From: Candidatus Zixiibacteriota bacterium
GTDB lineage: Bacteria > Zixibacteria > MSB-5A5 > GN15 > FEB-12
Direction: 5' to 3'
NCBI GenBank assembly: GCA_041742355.1
Contig: JBGSIV010000102.1
Location: forward strand, 1 to 22,607
Length of the DNA stretch: 22,607 nucleotides
Shown piece by piece: positions 17,110-22,607 of this stretch (its first letter is position 1; every line of letters starts with the position of its first letter). The position numbers and the translations under genes are program-made. The notes under the pieces were generated by a model. That model saw only the letters and a program-made list of their open reading frames with translations. It searched no databases and had not been told where the DNA came from.

Positions 17110-17143
17110 GCCCACATTTGTTCTGTGTCGGAATTTATGCTCC

Positions 17144-17172
17144 TTGCCTTTTGACGGCCTCCTTCCCATATT
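17144..17172 (+). promoter_or_regulatory. Possible sigma70 promoter for the amidohydrolase pair
   Basis: TTGCCT, 17-bp spacer, CATATT; lies between the terminator and ATG 17247. Confidence 0.35.
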
Positions 17173-17246
17173 TACCCGACAACATAATCGAGTGGGGGCT
17201 CGACGCTCCACGCTCGCAGTACCTCCAGCATGGGAGCAGGTCCATC

Positions 17247-20200
17247 ATGAAATCAGTGCTGCACCTCGCCGCTCTCGCTTTCGCTCTGGCCGCCGCCACC
17301 GCCGCGGCGTCGACGACCCCGGAACTCGGTATTCGCGACAACACGCCCACCCTCACCGCTTTCACTAATGCGCGCATAGTCGTATCCCCCGATCTGACAC
17401 TCGAATCGGCCGCGTTGGTTATGAAAGACGGTATCATCCGGGCTGTCGGCGAATCGATTGCTATCCCTGTTGGCGCTCGCATTGTCGATCTGCAGGGCCG
17501 AACGATTTACCCCGGTTTCATCGACCCCTGCACCGATTATGGCCTGCCTGCGAACGAGGCCCGCTCTCGTCGCTGGGGAGCCGCTCCCAAGTACTACGCC
17601 GATCGAATTGGCGGCAGCGCCTGGAACGAAGCTATCCATGGTGAGGTGGATGGGGCCGACTCATTCTGCCCCGACTCTGCAAAAGCAGAAGCGCTGCTCA
17701 GACTGGGCTTCACGACCGTGCAGACCGCCCGCCTGGACGGCATCTTCCGCGGTCGTTCTGCGGTTGCCCTTCTCCGCCAGGGCCTGCCCAACGACCAGTT
17801 CCTCCGTCCCCGGTCCAGTCACTTCGTTTCTTTCAGCAAGGGCACGTCAAGCCAGGACTACCCCTCATCGCTCATGGGAGCCATCGTCCTCATCCGCCAG
17901 ATGCTTCTGGATGTCCAGTGGTACAATGCCGCCCGCAGGGCCTGGGACGAGAACCCCGCCCAGGAGATGCCTGAATTCAACTCGGCCATAGAAGCGCTCG
18001 CGGAAAACCCCGCCGACACACTCTTCTTCTTCGCCAACTCCGAACTCGACATTCTCCGCGCCGCCCGGCTTGCCGCCGAATTCAATCGGACCATAGTCGC
18101 CGTGGGCTCAGGCTCCGAATACAAGCGGATCGACGAAATCGAAGCCCTCGGCATACCGATCGTAATACCTCTCGATTTCCCTGAACCGCCGCCGGTCAAG
18201 TCTCTCGAGGACGAACTCGACGTCACGCTCGGCGATCTCCGCCACTGGGAACGGGCCCCTGCGAATCCGGCCGTTCTCGAAAGACACGGCATCACCTTCG
18301 CCTTGACCGCCAAGGGAGAGAACCCCAAGAAGTTCATCGAGAATCTCCGAACCTCTGTCCGCTACGGCCTTTCCGAGAAGGCCGCCCTGCGTGCCCTGAC
18401 TGTCACCCCAGCCCGCCTCTGTGGTGTCGATCGCTCCGTCGGCACCCTCGAGCCGGGAAAGCTGGCCAGCTTCATCGTTTGCGACGGTAACCTGTTCGCC
18501 GATACGACGAGTATCCTTGCCACATGGGTAGCCGGCGAACGTCACGAGTTCACCCCCCTTGATGCCTCCGACTTTCGCGGGAGTTATTTCCTGACCCTTG
18601 TCGGTGATTCCGCGGAACTCGTCCTGGAAGGCAAGCCGACAGCCTGCGAAGGCTCTCTCGTGCGCCGGGCCGACACGCTCCGCCTGAGCGATGTCCAGGT
18701 CGAGCGCGATCGCATTTCGTTCAGAGTCAAGGATGCGTTCGCCATCGCCGGTATCCACCGTTTCTCCGGTCGCGCCTCAAAAGACTCCCTCGCCGGCAAA
18801 GCTGCTCTTCCTGACGGCCAGTGGGTCGACTGGCTCGCGATCCGCACCTCGACTTTCATTCCCGATGCCGATTCCACCGCCCGTGAATCAACTTCCTCCC
18901 CGGAGTTCGTATCCCGCCTGACCTATCCCAATCGCGCCTGGGGACTCGAGTCTATTCCCCCCATACAGGATGTGCTCATCCAACATGCGACCATCTGGAC
19001 TTGCGATGAGGCCGGCATTTTGGAAGACGCCGATCTGCTCATGCGCAGCGGCCGAATTGCCGCCGTCGGCAAAGATCTGGCCCCGCCTGAGGGAGTGACG
19101 GTCATCGATGCCACCGGAAAGCACCTGACCCCTGGCATCATCGACGAACACTCCCACACCGCTATCTCCGGCGACGTCAACGAAGGCACCCACGCCATTA
19201 CCCCCGAAGTGCGAATCGAGGATATCCTCGACCCTGATGATATTAATATCTACCGCCAGCTGGCCGGGGGCACCACTACGGCGCGCCTGCTGCACGGCTC
19301 CGCGAATCCGATCGGCGGCCAGGCTGCCCTGGTCAAGTGGCGCTGGGGTATGTCAGCCGACAGCCTGCTCTTCCGCGGTGCTCCCCCCGCGATGAAATTC
19401 GCCCTGGGCGAAAACGTCAAGCAGAGCGGTTGGGGAGAGCGCTTCAACACCCGGTACCCGCAGACCCGCCTCGGCGTTGACGCTATCCTCCGTGATGCGT
19501 TTCAGGCGGCCCGTTCCTACGAAAAGCAATGGGCAGCGTACACCTGGCTGAGCAAGACCCAGCAACGGCGCACCATTCCCCCGCGCCGCGATCTCCAGCT
19601 TGAGGCGCTCGTCGATGTCCTCAACGGCCGCATCGCCGCCCACTGCCACGGCTACGTCGCCACCGAAATGCTCATGTTCATTCGGCTCGCTCGCGAGTTC
19701 GGCTTCACCGTGCAGTCCTTCGCCCACGGCCTCGAGGGATATAAGATCGCTGCCGAACTCGCCGCCGCTGGCGTGGGCGTTGGAAGTATCGCCGATTGGT
19801 GGGCCTACAAATTCGAAACCTACGACGGGATCCCTCAATCCCCTGCCCTCATGACCGAAAAGGGCGTCCTCGTCGCCATCAACTCGGATAGCCCCGATCT
19901 CGCCCGCCGGTTGCCCCAGGAGGCCGCCAAGTCGATCATGTACGCCGGCATGTCGCCTGAAGAGGCACTCAAAATGGTGACCATTAACCCCGCCCGCCTC
20001 ATGGGGATCGAGAATCGCGTCGGGAGTATCACGACTGGCAAGGACGCCGATTTCGTTATCTGGAATGGTCCCCCCATGTCTATCTACTCCCACCCCGAAC
20101 AGACCTGGCTCGACGGAAGAAAGTACTTCGACATCGGCTCCGACAGCCTTATGCGGGCCGAGCTCGCAACCGAGAAGCGCCAGCTCGTTCAGAAAGCGCT

Positions 20201-20312
20201 CGAGGCTAAGGCGCCAGACGGTCGAAAGTCCTCGCCTGATAGCCGTCATCCCGCGCCGCCGGACAACCTCGATCTCCAAGTTGAAGGAGGAGGCCGCCAT
20301 GAGACGCGATAG
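17247..20312 (+). CDS. Secreted two-domain amidohydrolase-family protein (imidazolonepropionase-like)
   Basis: Signal peptide MKSVLHLAALAFALAAATAAA; two amidohydrolase units (IYPGFID...VGTLEPGKLA and LTPGIIDEHSH...LHGSANPIGG...KFALGENVK...INSD...VGSITTGKDAD). Start moved from 17037 to ATG 17247. Confidence 0.9.
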   Translation: MKSVLHLAALAFALAAATAAASTTPELGIRDNTPTLTAFTNARIVVSPDLTLESAALVMKDGIIRAVGESIAIPVGARIVDLQGRTIYPGFIDPCTDYGLPANEARSRRWGAAPKYYADRIGGSAWNEAIHGEVDGADSFCPDSAKAEALLRLGFTTVQTARLDGIFRGRSAVALLRQGLPNDQFLRPRSSHFVSFSKGTSSQDYPSSLMGAIVLIRQMLLDVQWYNAARRAWDENPAQEMPEFNSAIEALAENPADTLFFFANSELDILRAARLAAEFNRTIVAVGSGSEYKRIDEIEALGIPIVIPLDFPEPPPVKSLEDELDVTLGDLRHWERAPANPAVLERHGITFALTAKGENPKKFIENLRTSVRYGLSEKAALRALTVTPARLCGVDRSVGTLEPGKLASFIVCDGNLFADTTSILATWVAGERHEFTPLDASDFRGSYFLTLVGDSAELVLEGKPTACEGSLVRRADTLRLSDVQVERDRISFRVKDAFAIAGIHRFSGRASKDSLAGKAALPDGQWVDWLAIRTSTFIPDADSTARESTSSPEFVSRLTYPNRAWGLESIPPIQDVLIQHATIWTCDEAGILEDADLLMRSGRIAAVGKDLAPPEGVTVIDATGKHLTPGIIDEHSHTAISGDVNEGTHAITPEVRIEDILDPDDINIYRQLAGGTTTARLLHGSANPIGGQAALVKWRWGMSADSLLFRGAPPAMKFALGENVKQSGWGERFNTRYPQTRLGVDAILRDAFQAARSYEKQWAAYTWLSKTQQRRTIPPRRDLQLEALVDVLNGRIAAHCHGYVATEMLMFIRLAREFGFTVQSFAHGLEGYKIAAELAAAGVGVGSIADWWAYKFETYDGIPQSPALMTEKGVLVAINSDSPDLARRLPQEAAKSIMYAGMSPEEALKMVTINPARLMGIENRVGSITTGKDADFVIWNGPPMSIYSHPEQTWLDGRKYFDIGSDSLMRAELATEKRQLVQKALEAKAPDGRKSSPDSRHPAPPDNLDLQVEGGGRHETR

Positions 20313-21618
20313 CCACTCTGTGCGCATACTGGGGCCCCTTGTGGCCGTCCTGACAGCCCTCCTCGGCTTGCCCGGTCCCACCCTCAGCCACGACTACCTC
20401 CCCGGCCACCCCCAGAACGCCCCTGTCCTCCTCAAAGGTGGCAATCTCTTCACCGTCTCTGGCGGCGTTCTGGAATCCACCGACCTCCTGTTCGAGAACG
20501 GCCGGATCACCGCCATTGGCCCTGATCTGCCTGTCCCAACCGGAGCCGAAATCATCGACGTCGCCGGCCGGAACGTGTACCCCGGACTCATCGCTGCCAA
20601 CTCCAGCCTCGGCCTGACCGAAATCGGAGCCGTGCGGGCCACCGAGGACGCTTCCGAGGTCGGCCTCGATAAGGGCGAGATCCGGGCCTGGGTCGCGTAT
20701 AACCCCGACTCGGAGATCATCCCCACCGTACGCGCCAACGGCATCACCACTGCCCTGGTGATCCCGGGCGGAAGGCTCGTCATGGGCCGATCCAGCCTCA
20801 TCAACCTCGATGGGTGGACTGTCGAGGACGCCCTGGAGCAGCCCGAGGTCGGCTTGCACCTGAGTTGGCCGAGCGTATCGGTCGGAGACAATTGGTGGGA
20901 TGAACGACCCATCGAAGAGAAGAAGAAGGATCAGGCCGAAGAACGCGCCCGCCTGCTCGGCGTTTTCGACGATGCCCGGGCCTACTTCGGCGCGAAACAG
21001 GCCGATTCCTCCATTCCCGTTGACTCGCGGTGGGAGGGATTTGTCCCGCTGTTTGAGGGCCGGATGCGGCTCTTCGTGCATGCCGATGACTACCGCCAGA
21101 TCGAACAAGCGGTCGCGTTCAGCCGGGAGTACGGCCTCAAACTGGCCATTGTCGGCGGACGCGAGGCCTATCAGGCGGCCGAACTTCTGATTAGCAATGA
21201 CGTACCCGTGATCCTCGGCGGAACTCAACGGCTGCCCATGCGCGAAGATGACCCCTACGACTTCGGATACCGGACAGCAACGATGGTGTATGAGGCTGGG
21301 ATCCCCTTCTGTATTTCTACCGGCGGCGGCGCCTCCGGCGTGAGAAACCTCGCCATCCAGGCCGGCCATGCCGTCGGATTCGGACTCCCCGCTGAAGTCG
21401 CCCTCCGCTCCATAACCTTGTCGGCGGCCGAGATTCTTGGCGTCGACAAAGACCTGGGCTCTCTGGAGGTCGGCAAGAAGGCCACCCTGATAGTCTCCAA
21501 AGGGGACATTCTCGACCCCCTCACGGCTGGAGTGCAGATGATGTTCATCAACGGCCGGGCAGTGGATTTGTCCTCGAAACACACCGAGCTGTACGAGAAG
21601 TACCGCGCCCGTCAGTAG
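20299..21618 (+). CDS. Amidohydrolase-family protein (imidazolonepropionase-like), probable partner subunit
   Basis: AAGGAGGAGG RBS; ATG 20299 overlaps the previous gene; signal peptide; VYPGLIA...LGLTEI, NPDSEIIP..RANGIT, LGSLEVGKKATL. Confidence 0.9.
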   Translation: MRRDSHSVRILGPLVAVLTALLGLPGPTLSHDYLPGHPQNAPVLLKGGNLFTVSGGVLESTDLLFENGRITAIGPDLPVPTGAEIIDVAGRNVYPGLIAANSSLGLTEIGAVRATEDASEVGLDKGEIRAWVAYNPDSEIIPTVRANGITTALVIPGGRLVMGRSSLINLDGWTVEDALEQPEVGLHLSWPSVSVGDNWWDERPIEEKKKDQAEERARLLGVFDDARAYFGAKQADSSIPVDSRWEGFVPLFEGRMRLFVHADDYRQIEQAVAFSREYGLKLAIVGGREAYQAAELLISNDVPVILGGTQRLPMREDDPYDFGYRTATMVYEAGIPFCISTGGGASGVRNLAIQAGHAVGFGLPAEVALRSITLSAAEILGVDKDLGSLEVGKKATLIVSKGDILDPLTAGVQMMFINGRAVDLSSKHTELYEKYRARQ

Positions 21619-21652
21619 GCCGGTTCGCCCAGAATTAGTCAGCGACTTTCTC

Positions 21653-21683
21653 GCCCGGAGCCGAGATCAACCCGGCTTCGGGC
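21653..21683 (+). terminator. Hairpin after the amidohydrolase operon
   Basis: GCCCGGAGCCG-N9-CGGCTTCGGGC (one G-U pair on +); weak U-tract. Confidence 0.5.
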
Positions 21684-21839
21684 CTGTCATTTGGGTTACT
21701 GACGGCTCCCTTACTACCCCGGCGAGGCGCGTCATTTATGACACATTAGGTTCCCGCCAGGCTCCCGCCTGACATACTTGTATCAACAATCCTAAACTTT
21801 TTTTGCGGGTGCCTTTTGTACCGTGGACACTTCATACAT

Positions 21840-22408
21840 AGCCCCCCACGCCCCCTGAATCGCGAGGCATCCTCCCAAGGATGGCCGCCCACCCACATAC
21901 CCTTCTCATGGATTGGAGAGCTATAGTGTGTCCCACCTGCTCGGTCGGCTTTGCCACCGGCCCCGGACAGATCTGGTCCTCCTGCAGCCCTCCCAGCCGA
22001 GACGCCCGCAACCAGTCGACCCTACCTGTTTCGCCCCTCTCCGTCCGGTGCCGTGCGTTTCCGCCTTAAGGACTGATCCGATCCGCAATGGTGGAGAATG
22101 GCGCTCCCCGGAGGCGGCTGCCGCCCGAAGGGCTGTCTTCCTCTCGCTAAACCAGTTTGTGAATCGTTTCACTATCTCCGTCGTCAATGATAAAGCGGTA
22201 CTTCACCTCAACATGCCCATCCCCATTCAGGGCCGCGTCATGACAGTGATCAATTTCCTGTTCGGTCCCTTCTGAGCCCAGTCACCCTCCGAGGAGTTGG
22301 CTTCCGGTTGAGGGCCTTCGCCGAGGGCGTTTGGGCTGCTTCATCCACCTCCAGGATGACGAGGGTGAAGCCCTGCCTCCCTTCTGTTGAAACCCAATCC
22401 TATTACTA
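21840..22408 (-). ncRNA. Candidate large structured non-coding RNA, family not recognised
   Basis: No credible ORF; many nested helices with G-U pairs and GNRA loops favouring the minus strand; candidate -10 TACGAT at 22420-22415. Boundaries are approximate. Confidence 0.45.
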
Positions 22409-22455
22409 ACGGCTATCGTACTTAGCAGGATAGGTCCTCAAACCTCAAAAAGTGC

Positions 22456-22483
22456 TTGACAATTCGCGAGTTTTAGGTACTTT
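22456..22483 (+). promoter_or_regulatory. sigma70 promoter for a gene beyond the window
   Basis: TTGACA (22456-22461), 16-bp spacer, TACTTT (22478-22483), A-tract upstream. Confidence 0.55.
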
Positions 22484-22607
22484 GGTGTTGGTCTAGGGAA
22501 ACAGTTGTGTAGGAATTATGCTTCTGTTTTGCGCGTGTCGCACCTTGAACCGGTGAGATTTGAGCCGGTTAGCCTTTGCAGGCTCCTTACGAATCTGGTT
22601 GTCATAC

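Noticed and set aside
17037..17246. Upstream extensions of the amidohydrolase ORFs (from 17037 and 20065)
   Set aside because: They overlap a terminator or the previous CDS; signal peptides begin at 17247 and 20299.
22030..22075. Group II intron domain V-like text GCG-GAAA-CGCACG...CGGAGAGGGG (minus)
   Set aside because: No AGC/CGC catalytic triad at the helix base, no clear domain VI or GUGYG 5' end, and no RT ORF; a remote relationship could only be tested with covariance models.
22014..22100. Permuted two-piece tmRNA (minus strand TCCACCA followed later by GGGGCGAAAC...TCGAC)
   Set aside because: No T-arm (GTTCRA) before the CCA, the two ends do not form a canonical acceptor stem, and no tag-peptide frame ending in hydrophobic-AA is visible.
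21881..22275. Short ORFs 21881-22069, 21913-22275 and 21921-22187
   Set aside because: No convincing RBS, Pro/Arg/Ser-rich composition and no recognisable motifs.
21850..22400. CsrB-like RNA suggested by frequent GGA triplets on the minus strand
   Set aside because: About two dozen by hand count, not clearly above expectation for such G-rich sequence, and mostly not in repeated ANGGA loops.

Overview
GC-rich bacterial window, probably from an FCB-group organism; the Cys-flanked dockerin-like C-termini suggest a Zixibacteria-like genome (inference). In order it holds: the end of an upstream gene with a T9SS-like C-terminus; glnA (GSI-beta); a secreted beta-lactamase-fold serine hydrolase; a minus-strand ECF sigma / zinc-finger anti-sigma / OsmC unit with a divergent small membrane protein; oligopeptidase B (S9A); a large S8 subtilase and an SBBP/TSP3-repeat protein, both ending in dockerin-like domains; and two tandem amidohydrolase-family genes. 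No CRISPR array, tRNA, rRNA or mobile element was seen. The most interesting signals are non-coding: (1) a ~0.55-0.75 kb region with no credible ORF and dense minus-strand base pairing at ~21650-22410 (candidate large structured ncRNA); (2) a ~65-nt promoter-plus-terminator unit with anti-Shine-Dalgarno-like motifs at ~6496-6594 (candidate sRNA); (3) a TGCAACA-N16-xGTC motif found three times, a candidate regulon of the local ECF sigma; (4) a perfect CRP/FNR-family box at the promoter of a glnA that lacks the adenylylation tyrosine. All calls were made by eye, with no searches or folding programs run.
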